Source: a virus (taxonomy: Duplodnaviria; Caudoviricetes). From it: a stretch of DNA of 60,694 bases. Positions 48,399 through 56,686 of the stretch are shown piece after piece. Under the pieces are notes generated by a model, which did no database searches, was not told where the DNA came from, and worked only from the letters and a program-made list of their open reading frames with translations. A program made the position numbers and the translations under genes. The DNA is taken from positions 1-60,694 of IMG/VR virus record IMGVR_UViG_3300044630_003799. One strand, 5' to 3'. Within the stretch, counting starts at the first letter, position 1; the number at the start of each line of letters is the position of its first letter.

Positions 48399-48648
48399 AT
48401 ACAATTAACAAAAAAAATAGCCATATAGATTTTACTCTATACGGCATATCTCCTTATTTAATCTTTATCTGGTAAAATTTACTTCAGACAAGATCTAATT
48501 AGATTTATTACCCCTAAGATAAGTAAAGGAATTCCAATAAATATAGGAATTAAAATAATACCAAAAACTATTTGGAATAATGCTCCAGCTATATCTCCAT
48601 CTGAGCTTTTCATTATTTCGGTTATTTTATTTAAAATTTGACAAAAAC

Positions 48649-48777
48649 TAAACAGTAGAAGGCTCCGCTTTTATGATATCACGGCGCGGGTGTTTATGCT
48701 AACACAACATCATGAAGGTAGTAACAGCAGACAATCTGTTACAATATCAACTACCCTTATTTTACTTCTACTATTTA
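48649..48777 (-). ncRNA. candidate multi-stem structured RNA
   Basis: 13-bp closing stem plus internal hairpins; G-U wobble pairs favour the minus strand; intergenic. Confidence 0.35.
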
Positions 48778-48917
48778 AAATTTACATATTTCCTAGTAAT
48801 TGAGACACATCTTCTGCGCTCAAATTATATTTAATGTGTTGCACTACATCGTGGTCCACATATTTGACATAGGAAATGTTATATAAATCAAATCCTATTT
48901 TATTTACTACGACCATA

Positions 48918-49079
48918 TTATGCGGCGGCAGTTTCTGTTTCATTCTTTACTTCAGCTTCTTCTAGCTTCTTTATTTCGGAGATAAGAGTATACAATTTAT
49001 CACTGACCTCCCACAGATTACGGGTTGCGTTTTTACGAATGAACTCGTTAACAACGAACGCTTGCTCTTTATTAAGCAT
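48918..49079 (-). CDS. small hypothetical protein (53 aa, not in the ORF track)
   Basis: MLNKEQAFVVNEFIRKNATRNLWEVSD...TAAA*. Confidence 0.5.
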   Translation of the reverse strand: MLNKEQAFVVNEFIRKNATRNLWEVSDKLYTLISEIKKLEEAEVKNETETAAA

Positions 49080-49097
49080 ATATACTATATTTATTAT

Positions 49098-49352
49098 TTA
49101 CTCTTTAACAGGGACAAAACCAGGATGAGAATAGTGCATCATCTCGTAATATGGATTACAAATCTTGATAGTATCGCCAATTTTCATCTGCAAAAAGTTA
49201 GATCGTGGGCGCGGCGGCTGAATTACTACTACATTAATAAACTGCGGCATATCTTCTTTAGCATACTTTTCCATAGCATCGTAGATCTCTACGATATAAA
49301 CTTCGCCTTTGGTGGCATCTCCAGTGCGGTTGCCGATGTATTTCCACTTCAT
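49098..49352 (-). CDS. small hypothetical protein
   Basis: TTGACA-16-TAAAGT promoter upstream. Confidence 0.55.
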   Translation of the reverse strand: MKWKYIGNRTGDATKGEVYIVEIYDAMEKYAKEDMPQFINVVVIQPPRPRSNFLQMKIGDTIKICNPYYEMMHYSHPGFVPVKE

Positions 49353-49538
49353 TTTTAACTCAAGTTACATGGTTGATCTATCTGACGCGAACACTTTAGC
49401 AGACTTTCGGTGGTTGTCAAGGGGTCTTTCAAAAATTTCTTCTTGGCCTTCGAAAAAAGTGTAAAAGTTTATATGGTTTATTCTAAAGTAAACGATTCTT
49501 TTTCCTACTTTTATCAAAAAATTTAACAATTAAAATAT

Positions 49539-50507
49539 ATGAATATAGATAACTTCGCAACGCCAAATCGAAATCAATACGTATTAAAAAGATACGGATC
49601 TAATATTGCAGTAACATTTGCTAAAACAGAATTTGAAGCAGATGGAATTGATTATAATTTTACTAATGGAAATGTAGGAATAAATATTGATCCTCCTTTA
49701 CTTGTAACAGGTAAGATTACTAATATTGGTAATGTAGGTAATGCAGGAAATGTCGGAGATTATCAAGGTAAATTATTTTATTATTACGCGCAAAATACTC
49801 AAACTCAAGGAGAACAGCCATATTATCCTCCTCCCGTTTCAGGAAGCTATTGGAGATACGATGGTAATAGTGGCAGAGCAGTAACTCCAGGTACATCAGG
49901 ACAATTTCTTGCTAATACAAGTGATTTCACATTTGAATTTTTTCTACAAAAAGGTTCTCAAAATCTTTATAACGCTGGACAATTTGGATTTGGTTATCCA
50001 AACTATGGAAGCAAAAATTGGATTATTAAAGATAATGGCGGAAGTCCATTAGAATTCGTCTGGACAACTGGAGATTTTAACACTTCTTCTTTGCAATTAT
50101 GTACTGATAATTCTGTATTTGATAATTTTTCTCACGTTGCAATTGTTAGAAAAGGTGGAATTCTAAAATCTTATTTAAATGGAACTTTAGTAGATACTGA
50201 AACTGGCGCAGCAGCAGCTACAAGTTTTGATGCATCTTATGATTTCAAAATAGGCGCGGCAGATGGAGCAAATAATTATTCTACAGCTAATTTCTCAAAT
50301 ATCAGATATGTAGTAGGATCTGGCTTATATGACTCTGATTTCTCCGTACCAAATCTTCCTCTTCAAGTTGTAAATGCTTCAGGAACAAGACTATTAATTA
50401 CTGGTTTTGGAGGTACAGACTCTAGTCTTTGGGGCGCTACTATTGATTCTACTCCTAATTATTCAGGAACAACAGCAATAGTTGTAGTAGATAGTCCTTA
50501 CGCCTAA
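49539..50507 (+). CDS. orphan LamG-like virion protein
   Basis: DFTFEFF, HVAIVRKGG..SYLNG and SNIRYV motifs; GTGTAA motif at 49459. Confidence 0.7.
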   Translation: MNIDNFATPNRNQYVLKRYGSNIAVTFAKTEFEADGIDYNFTNGNVGINIDPPLLVTGKITNIGNVGNAGNVGDYQGKLFYYYAQNTQTQGEQPYYPPPVSGSYWRYDGNSGRAVTPGTSGQFLANTSDFTFEFFLQKGSQNLYNAGQFGFGYPNYGSKNWIIKDNGGSPLEFVWTTGDFNTSSLQLCTDNSVFDNFSHVAIVRKGGILKSYLNGTLVDTETGAAAATSFDASYDFKIGAADGANNYSTANFSNIRYVVGSGLYDSDFSVPNLPLQVVNASGTRLLITGFGGTDSSLWGATIDSTPNYSGTTAIVVVDSPYA

Positions 50508-50526
50508 TATATATATAGGATAAGTC

Positions 50527-50553
50527 AAGCGGAGGGTTCGCCCTCCGCTTTTT
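50527..50553. terminator. hairpin terminator between convergent genes
   Basis: AAGCGGAGGG-TTCG-CCCTCCGCTTTTT. Confidence 0.85.
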
Positions 50554-50556
50554 TAT

Positions 50557-51474
50557 TTATTTATTCAATAACGCACAACCTTTGGCCGTAATAAGCCTTT
50601 GACCATCTATTTCTATATATCCTTTAGACAATAGATAATTCTCATGATCTTTCTGAATACTATTTCTACTCAGTCCAGTACGAGCAGACAATGATTGCAA
50701 TGACTGCCGCCCTTCTTTTCTCAATATATTTAGTATTCTCCATTCAATCTGGCTGCAACCTTCTGGTAAGATACTAAGAGTGTCGCACAGATCTTTCACT
50801 TCTACCATAGAGAAATGATTTATATTCCTGGATTTACTATAAAACTGTATATCTTTAACTCGTTGCACACAGTTTCGCGCATTACCTCTAAAAGTAGATG
50901 AAATATAATCTAATGCATCATCTGCGAAAGTTATATTTACAAGATTATTAAGGAAAATTTGGCTCAAATCTCCTTGACTGTAATTATCAAAGTCTACTGT
51001 AATAAGGCGATCTTTGAACGGTGCGAAGATCTTGTCGCTTTCAGTCGTGGCAAAAAGAAAAGAATGCTTTTTAAAATCAAAAACATATGCAGTTTCTTTG
51101 TGGATAATAGTCTTTTCATGTCCAGATTCTGTATTAAAGATAGACAGAAAAACCATGATCAACTCTTTTGGCAATGCATGAGCCTCGTCAAAAAAGATAG
51201 TTACTTCTTTATCTAGTATAAAAGGTAGATAAATTTGCTCGAAAAACTGATTAACTCCTTTAACTGTAGAACTATTTATTTCTACAAAGGTGCGCTTGTT
51301 ACCTTCATTATTTAAAATATTGCGGCCAAATTCACGCGCAAATTCAGTCTTACCAAGACCTTTCGCGCCCACAAAATTTAAAAATGGTACAATAGAAGTA
51401 CTGTTATAAGCCTCTAGGTAAAAACCTAGTTTCTTTTTAACTGAATCCTGCCCAACAAGTTTATCAAATGCCAT
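50557..51474 (-). CDS. ruvB: RuvB-like AAA+ branch-migration helicase
   Basis: FDKLVGQ, GAKGLGKT, FFDEAH, ATTE, F.DR and RGNAR motifs; C-terminal winged helix ENYLL..GYI. Confidence 0.8.
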   Translation of the reverse strand: MAFDKLVGQDSVKKKLGFYLEAYNSTSIVPFLNFVGAKGLGKTEFAREFGRNILNNEGNKRTFVEINSSTVKGVNQFFEQIYLPFILDKEVTIFFDEAHALPKELIMVFLSIFNTESGHEKTIIHKETAYVFDFKKHSFLFATTESDKIFAPFKDRLITVDFDNYSQGDLSQIFLNNLVNITFADDALDYISSTFRGNARNCVQRVKDIQFYSKSRNINHFSMVEVKDLCDTLSILPEGCSQIEWRILNILRKEGRQSLQSLSARTGLSRNSIQKDHENYLLSKGYIEIDGQRLITAKGCALLNK

Positions 51475-51479
51475 ATATA

Positions 51480-51704
51480 TTAAGATACTTTGAACTCAAT
51501 TTTCTCAGACTCTTCTGAGGCCTGAGTAGTCTCGTCGAACGTGGTCATCTTGTCAATATCCAACAACCAAGTTCTTGAAACTTTAACTTCTGTACACTTA
51601 ATTTTGTCTAGCTTTTGCAATAGATCATCAATGTTGATGTTCACAACGTTAGGAACAGATGGTCCTTTGGGGCGTCCACGGCCTCGCTTCAATACTTCAT
51701 TCAT
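51480..51704 (-). CDS. small AT-hook DNA-binding protein (leaderless)
   Basis: KRGRGRPKG; TTGACA-17-TAATCT-7-ATG. Confidence 0.6.
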   Translation of the reverse strand: MNEVLKRGRGRPKGPSVPNVVNINIDDLLQKLDKIKCTEVKVSRTWLLDIDKMTTFDETTQASEESEKIEFKVS

Positions 51705-51773
51705 GACCGCCAGATTAACACGGAAATATGGTGGTGTCAAGGGGTAAAAATCATGCACCGCGCCAGAATATTT

Positions 51774-51956
51774 TTATTCCTCTAAATTTTGTATCTGCTT
51801 TAATTCGTACACCAACCTTATTTTTAAATTATTTAATTCTTTTATTGTTTGCGCTCTTTCTTTTTCTGTTTCACAATGAATTAACTTATTTAGAAGATCA
51901 TCAGTCATCTTCATGAAAAATTCAGATGTTTCTTTATTTAGCGGCTTTATTTCCAT
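51774..51956 (-). CDS. small hypothetical protein
   Basis: 60-aa helical ORF. Confidence 0.4.
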   Translation of the reverse strand: MEIKPLNKETSEFFMKMTDDLLNKLIHCETEKERAQTIKELNNLKIRLVYELKQIQNLEE

Positions 51957-51960
51957 CTAT

Positions 51961-52850
51961 GTTATTATTCTCTATATATAGGAAAAAGAACAAAATAACT
52001 ATCGCGCCGCATCTTTTATCCTTATTTCGCTAAAATACGGCAAACTTGGAGTTATTATTTATTCTATATATATAGGGGAAAAGACAAATTAACTCTTATT
52101 TAGGAATTATATGGCAAACTTGGGCGGGTTATTCTTTCTTCTATATAGGGAAAAGTACATTATTTGATCTTATTTCGGCAAAATATGGCAAACTTGGCCG
52201 CGCCGCCGCCTTATTTAGTCTGTTTTATTTAATCTTTATAGTTAATTATTCTTTTATTCTATATATAGGGAAAAAGACAATATATTCGTTTTTATTCTTT
52301 TCTCTATAGGGAAAAAGACAATTTAATTCATTTTATTCATTTCTGTATAGGGAAAAAGACAATATTTAAGAAAATTTGATTAATCTTTGGGCGCAAATAT
52401 AGTTCTATTTAGTGTTATAAAGGGAATAAAAGGAACTAAAAGTGTTAAAAAGGGCCAAAAATGATATAAAGTGCGAATAAAATAAATAAATGTCGCGCAC
52501 TACCCATTCTCTCCATCATTACATCTAATTACATCTAATTATATCTTATCATATCTACATATATCTTCTTCTATCTATTATTATCTACCTATATTTCTAT
52601 ATATTTTATCTATATATATTTGGGTATAAAAACAACAGAAAACCCCACAAAAGTGGGGTTTATTGGGTGTTTTAACCGTCTCTTTTAGTAAATCCTTTCA
52701 CTACATAATATACAAAAACTGCTATTAAAATTGTCATTTCTATCACTATATATCCTGTCTTTTTTTATCCATATTACCTATTTATTTTATTATTCTACTT
52801 ACTGATATCTATCTACATCTATATACCTATTTCTTTATATATCTACTGTT
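51961..52850. repeat. AT-rich non-coding region with iterated repeats, putative replication origin
   Basis: six copies of a TATAGG(G)AAAA(A)GACAA-like motif, three of A(T/C)GGCAAACTTGG, phased A-tracts at 52418-52485. Confidence 0.6.
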
Positions 52851-52853
52851 AAT

Positions 52854-53105
52854 TTACTCTTCTTCTTCTATATCCTTGCTTCCTCTTTCATCTAATTCCA
52901 TCATAGCTTCATCAGATTCTATGTTTTCTAAGCTATCTGACAACGCCATAATTGCACAATCTATATTCTCATTAAATTCTTCTTCTAATTCAGCTTCAAT
53001 AAAGCCGCCGAAATTATCTATCTCTTTCTTGACTGATTTGATAGAAGATATGATTGTTTCTACTTTGGATTTTATATATTCGTAGTCTCTATTGTTCATG
53101 TTCAT
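52854..53105 (-). CDS. acidic hypothetical protein
   Basis: ORF in a packed minus-strand cluster. Confidence 0.5.
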   Translation of the reverse strand: MNMNNRDYEYIKSKVETIISSIKSVKKEIDNFGGFIEAELEEEFNENIDCAIMALSDSLENIESDEAMMELDERGSKDIEEEE

Positions 53106-53358
53106 TTAATGTCCTCTTATTTAGAGATACACTCAATGAGTAAGAATTCTCGCCCTTTTCTGAGACTGTTTTTATTTTAATTAAATCGACGATTTTACCT
53201 CTGTATTCTACGTCGTTTATGTATCTGTCTTTATTACTTTCAGACAATAGATGTATACAAATCTCGCCGCAAAATAAGCCGAAGATTTCTGACCAATCTA
53301 CGGCTGTATCGTTATTTACTATTGTTTTAAAATAATGATCTTGTTCATAATCATTCAT
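53089..53358 (-). CDS. hypothetical protein
   Basis: packed ORF. Confidence 0.5.
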   Translation of the reverse strand: MNDYEQDHYFKTIVNNDTAVDWSEIFGLFCGEICIHLLSESNKDRYINDVEYRGKIVDLIKIKTVSEKGENSYSLSVSLNKRTLNEHEQ

Positions 53359-53678
53359 TTATATTTAATTACCTCTCCTTTAAAATCTGTACGTTCTTCT
53401 ACGCTCCATTTAGCGTTTACAGGTATACATACAATATCTACACAAGAATACTTGTCAGATGCCGCGCCGTCAAGCTCTTCTATAACTTGAATAAGCTTTA
53501 AACTATCTCTGGGAATATCATCCTCTAAGAAAAGATTTTCAGGATCTACATACTCCGAATAGAAGTTCTTAGTCTCTTCATCTTTGACTAAATTAAAACC
53601 GCAAAGTTCAGCGTATCTGAACATAGCTTTATCGGAAAGCAAAAAGATTCCGTATTTTGCATAAGCTATTTTCTTCAT
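53355..53678 (-). CDS. conserved phage hypothetical protein
   Basis: IPRD...LIQVIEEL..AA....IV.IP motif common in phages. Confidence 0.6.
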   Translation of the reverse strand: MKKIAYAKYGIFLLSDKAMFRYAELCGFNLVKDEETKNFYSEYVDPENLFLEDDIPRDSLKLIQVIEELDGAASDKYSCVDIVCIPVNAKWSVEERTDFKGEVIKYK

Positions 53679-53839
53679 AGGTACTTTCTAATAAGATCTT
53701 TAAAGAATATAAATCCTATCGCAGTGATAGTCAATCCAGTAATAATCGGGGAAATATGTATATGAAATAATACAGATAACAGCATTGATACAGCTAAACC
53801 TATTGCCGCCGCCATTATTGTAAATATAATATCACTCAT
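53675..53839 (-). CDS. small two-TM membrane protein (not in the ORF track)
   Basis: MSDIIFTIMAAAIGLAVSMLLSVLF...; ATGA overlaps with the neighbouring genes. Confidence 0.5.
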   Translation of the reverse strand: MSDIIFTIMAAAIGLAVSMLLSVLFHIHISPIITGLTITAIGFIFFKDLIRKYL

Positions 53840-54426
53840 TTGAGTTCAACTATCTTAGCGGAAAAATCGCTCTTGTCAAGCTTGTTTAAGTCGTGTTTAG
53901 CGGAAAGCAAATAACTTGAAGGTCCATTTCTATGAGGTAATGGCTTGATAGAAGGTACATATTCATGCCAAAAATATTCATCAGTTTTGATTTTTGGAAA
54001 AAGATCAGCATCATGAGCTATAACATATTCAGAACAATTTAAGAATTTTTTCATAGCGTATGGCCTTGAAACTCGCCAAATATTTTCCAAAGTCGCATGA
54101 TCTACTAAAACAAAAGCCCAAATATCTTGGCTGAGATCATTTATTAATTTATTCCAACTATCTATTGTATTATTTACATATAAAAATTTATGATTTTCAG
54201 ATTCTAATTTTGAATATTTATTTAGCCAATTGTAATCATCATCTACAGTTACCAGTTTTCTATTTGAATTTAGAATTGAACTGTTTAATAAAATCGTGCT
54301 GCCGTCTCCTGCTCCTAATTCTAAAATATTACCAGAAGTATTTTCTATAGCCCAAATTATCAAAGGTTGATGCGTCGAATAAGCATTTGTCTCGTAATCT
54401 AAAATAATATTATTATATTTTTTCAT
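53836..54426 (-). CDS. class I SAM-dependent methyltransferase-like protein
   Basis: ILELGAGDGST motif I; VLVD and IAHD strands. Confidence 0.65.
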   Translation of the reverse strand: MKKYNNIILDYETNAYSTHQPLIIWAIENTSGNILELGAGDGSTILLNSSILNSNRKLVTVDDDYNWLNKYSKLESENHKFLYVNNTIDSWNKLINDLSQDIWAFVLVDHATLENIWRVSRPYAMKKFLNCSEYVIAHDADLFPKIKTDEYFWHEYVPSIKPLPHRNGPSSYLLSAKHDLNKLDKSDFSAKIVELK

Positions 54427-54560
54427 TTAATTTCAACTATCTTAGCAGGAAAATCCTTTTTGACAAGCTCTAAAGTCATTTTCGCAAGGTCTAAGCTCTT
54501 GAATCGGGCGTATTCTTCCCATTTGCCGCCATCCTTGATCATAACAACGTATTTTTGCAT
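54423..54560 (-). CDS. small hypothetical protein (45 aa, not in the ORF track)
   Basis: MQKYVVMIKDGGKWEEY...DFPAKIVEIK*; TTGACA-17-TACCTT promoter upstream. Confidence 0.5.
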   Translation of the reverse strand: MQKYVVMIKDGGKWEEYARFKSLDLAKMTLELVKKDFPAKIVEIK

Positions 54561-54787
54561 ATCTTTTAATCTGTCTGTAACCTATTTGTAATCCCAAATG
54601 GTTAAAATAAGGTAGCATGACCTGCCCACACTGTCAAGCCCCTTTCTCAGTCAAAGCAAAATTCCTCGCCAAAACTTGCGGTTGTGACGAGGATGAACGA
54701 TTTTTAAATTTTGAAGACTGGTATTTTACTATTTTCGGGATAAGTATTTATGATCTTATCTAGTTGATATAGATCATGCTATATTTC

Positions 54788-55768
54788 TCATTCAAGAACT
54801 ACATTATTATTACGCTTTTCTATTCTGCCAATAATGGTACAAGGTATATGTTCAGATAGTTTTGCTATGCAATGATTTACATCATTAACTGATACAATCC
54901 AAGTCATACCAATTCCCATATTAAATACTTTATACATTTCTTCATCAGGAATATCACCGGCAGATTGAATGCGTTTAAAAATATCTGGTACAGTCCAGCT
55001 TCTTTTTTGAATTACTGCTTTGAACTGAGGCGGCAATGTGCGTGGAATATTATCAATCAGTCCGCCACCTGTAATATGAGCGGCGGCTTTGATAAATTGT
55101 CTACAAGCATTAAAAGCTTGAAGATAACTAAGATGAATACTTAACAATTCTCCAGCATATTTATCAACAAGACTGTCGCCTAATGCTTTTCTCGCTAATG
55201 TATATCCATTTGTATGCAAACCATTGCTTTGCAAACCGATAATATAATCACCTTCAATTACTTTGCTACCATCAATAATGTTATCTTGATCAACAACACC
55301 AACGATTGTACCACTAAGATCATATTCGTTTTCTGCATATAAATCAGGAAGTTGAGCGGTTTCACCGCCAATCAAAGCGCAATTATTATAAGAACAAGCA
55401 TCAGAAAATCCTAATAGAAGTTCATTAAATACTTCTTCATTCAATTTATTCATTCCAATATAATCTAAGAAGAATAATGGTTCTGCACCTGTTACAATAA
55501 TATCATTAACGCAGTGATTAACTAGATCATGCGCGACATCATAATGAGTATCATATTTAAAAGCAAGTTTTAGCTTGCTTCCAACGCCGTCTGTGCTAGA
55601 AACAAGAACAGGATTCTTGTATTTACTTGTATCTAGCTTAAAAAGACCGCCGAAACCGCCGATCTTACCTAAAACTTCGGGGCGTGTTGCATTTTTAACT
55701 ATATTAGGTATGCTAGATTTAAGTCTATTACCTAAATCAATATTTACTCCAGCTTTTGAATAATTCAT
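54788..55768 (-). CDS. purM: phosphoribosylformylglycinamidine cyclo-ligase (AIR synthetase), auxiliary metabolic gene
   Basis: Y..AGVNID.G, GGFGGLF, STDGVGSKL, NDI...GAEPLFFLDY, GGETA, SNGLHTNG, HITGGG and FNMGIG motifs. Confidence 0.95.
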   Translation of the reverse strand: MNYSKAGVNIDLGNRLKSSIPNIVKNATRPEVLGKIGGFGGLFKLDTSKYKNPVLVSSTDGVGSKLKLAFKYDTHYDVAHDLVNHCVNDIIVTGAEPLFFLDYIGMNKLNEEVFNELLLGFSDACSYNNCALIGGETAQLPDLYAENEYDLSGTIVGVVDQDNIIDGSKVIEGDYIIGLQSNGLHTNGYTLARKALGDSLVDKYAGELLSIHLSYLQAFNACRQFIKAAAHITGGGLIDNIPRTLPPQFKAVIQKRSWTVPDIFKRIQSAGDIPDEEMYKVFNMGIGMTWIVSVNDVNHCIAKLSEHIPCTIIGRIEKRNNNVVLE

Positions 55769-55770
55769 AT

Positions 55771-56112
55771 TTATTTAACTTTGTCGTAATCTAGTATATA
55801 TAAACCGCCACTGACAGAAGCTCGCCAAAATAAAGGCCAAAATAGAGTATTTTGCATTGCAGATATTACCATTTCATTGCTGCTCCAACCACCAGTGGCA
55901 ATTCTTAGAGCAGTAAATGGTTTATCTCTTAAGAGATCGTTATTGTAGTTTTTTACGATTTGCCAGCTTCCAGAATATTTATTGAAAGCACACTCGCAAA
56001 ATTCAAGAAACTCTTTAGGACTCCAGCCATTCTTTTCATACCAATAAGATATGGCATCAAGAGTTTCATCAGACGGATCACCATCACTATCAAAAGTAGG
56101 ATTTTTTTTCAT
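55771..56112 (-). CDS. conserved phage hypothetical protein
   Basis: DGDPS.ETL..I and ATGGWSSNE motifs. Confidence 0.6.
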   Translation of the reverse strand: MKKNPTFDSDGDPSDETLDAISYWYEKNGWSPKEFLEFCECAFNKYSGSWQIVKNYNNDLLRDKPFTALRIATGGWSSNEMVISAMQNTLFWPLFWRASVSGGLYILDYDKVK

Positions 56113-56684
56113 AGGCTATCGTATAAATCTTTTATCCACTTATTGCGCTGCTTGATATTACTAAGATCTTTAGCTTCATATTCTTCATGATACTTGATAG
56201 ATCTATTGTGTTCTGCAAGCTTCTTTTTTACATAATCTTTGTAAGTCATAGCATAAAGAGAAGCCAATTCGCTTTCATAAAAACTAACTCCACAATCAAA
56301 ACTGCTTGAATCAGTCAACTGTTCAATCATAAAAGCTTTTAGTCTCTCATGTTCTTTAGTGGGCGGTTGCCAATTCTTGGCTTTTTCAAGAATATCGGAG
56401 TAACGCTTTTTTAGTTCGTTTTTTTCTTTGATGCTTTTTTCGTAATCAGCTATCGTTTCCTTAATGTAAGAATCAAATTGAGCCTTAGTAGGCTTTTTGA
56501 ATTTCTTTAGCTCCTTTAGCTTCTCTGTATGATAAGACTCTTCTGGCATGATCTTTGGCTTTACGTCAGCAGGATCATCGCGTTGCATTACGCAAGCACC
56601 AAAAGCTCTAGCACAACCTAGGGCGAAGTCCTTGAATGTTACTTCTTTACCGTAATATATATTTTCTGTATATCCAGAGGGCAT
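56109..56684 (-). CDS. conserved phage hypothetical protein
   Basis: MPSGYT...FALGCARAFGA...RDDP and WQPPT.EH..LK.FMIEQL motifs. Confidence 0.65.
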   Translation of the reverse strand: MPSGYTENIYYGKEVTFKDFALGCARAFGACVMQRDDPADVKPKIMPEESYHTEKLKELKKFKKPTKAQFDSYIKETIADYEKSIKEKNELKKRYSDILEKAKNWQPPTKEHERLKAFMIEQLTDSSSFDCGVSFYESELASLYAMTYKDYVKKKLAEHNRSIKYHEEYEAKDLSNIKQRNKWIKDLYDSL

Positions 56685-56686
56685 AA

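Noticed and set aside
47186-48447. multiple overlapping ORFs in and around the DUF932-like gene
   Set aside because: High local GC lowers stop-codon frequency; only the 47207..48247 frame carries family motifs.
48788-48888. second structured RNA (ATTTCCTA...TAGGAAAT three-way junction)
   Set aside because: It lies within a plausible 44-codon minus-strand ORF (MVVVNKIGFDLY..., about 48782-48916), and such stems can arise by chance in AT-rich DNA.
48918-48960. tmRNA tag-like peptide ending ...ETAAA*
   Set aside because: It is simply the C-terminus of a normal 53-aa ORF with its own ATG; no tRNA-like tmRNA ends were seen.
51961-52365. CRISPR mini-array
   Set aside because: Repeats are degenerate and non-palindromic, the intervening sequences are AT-rich and similar to each other rather than unique spacers, and no cas genes are present.
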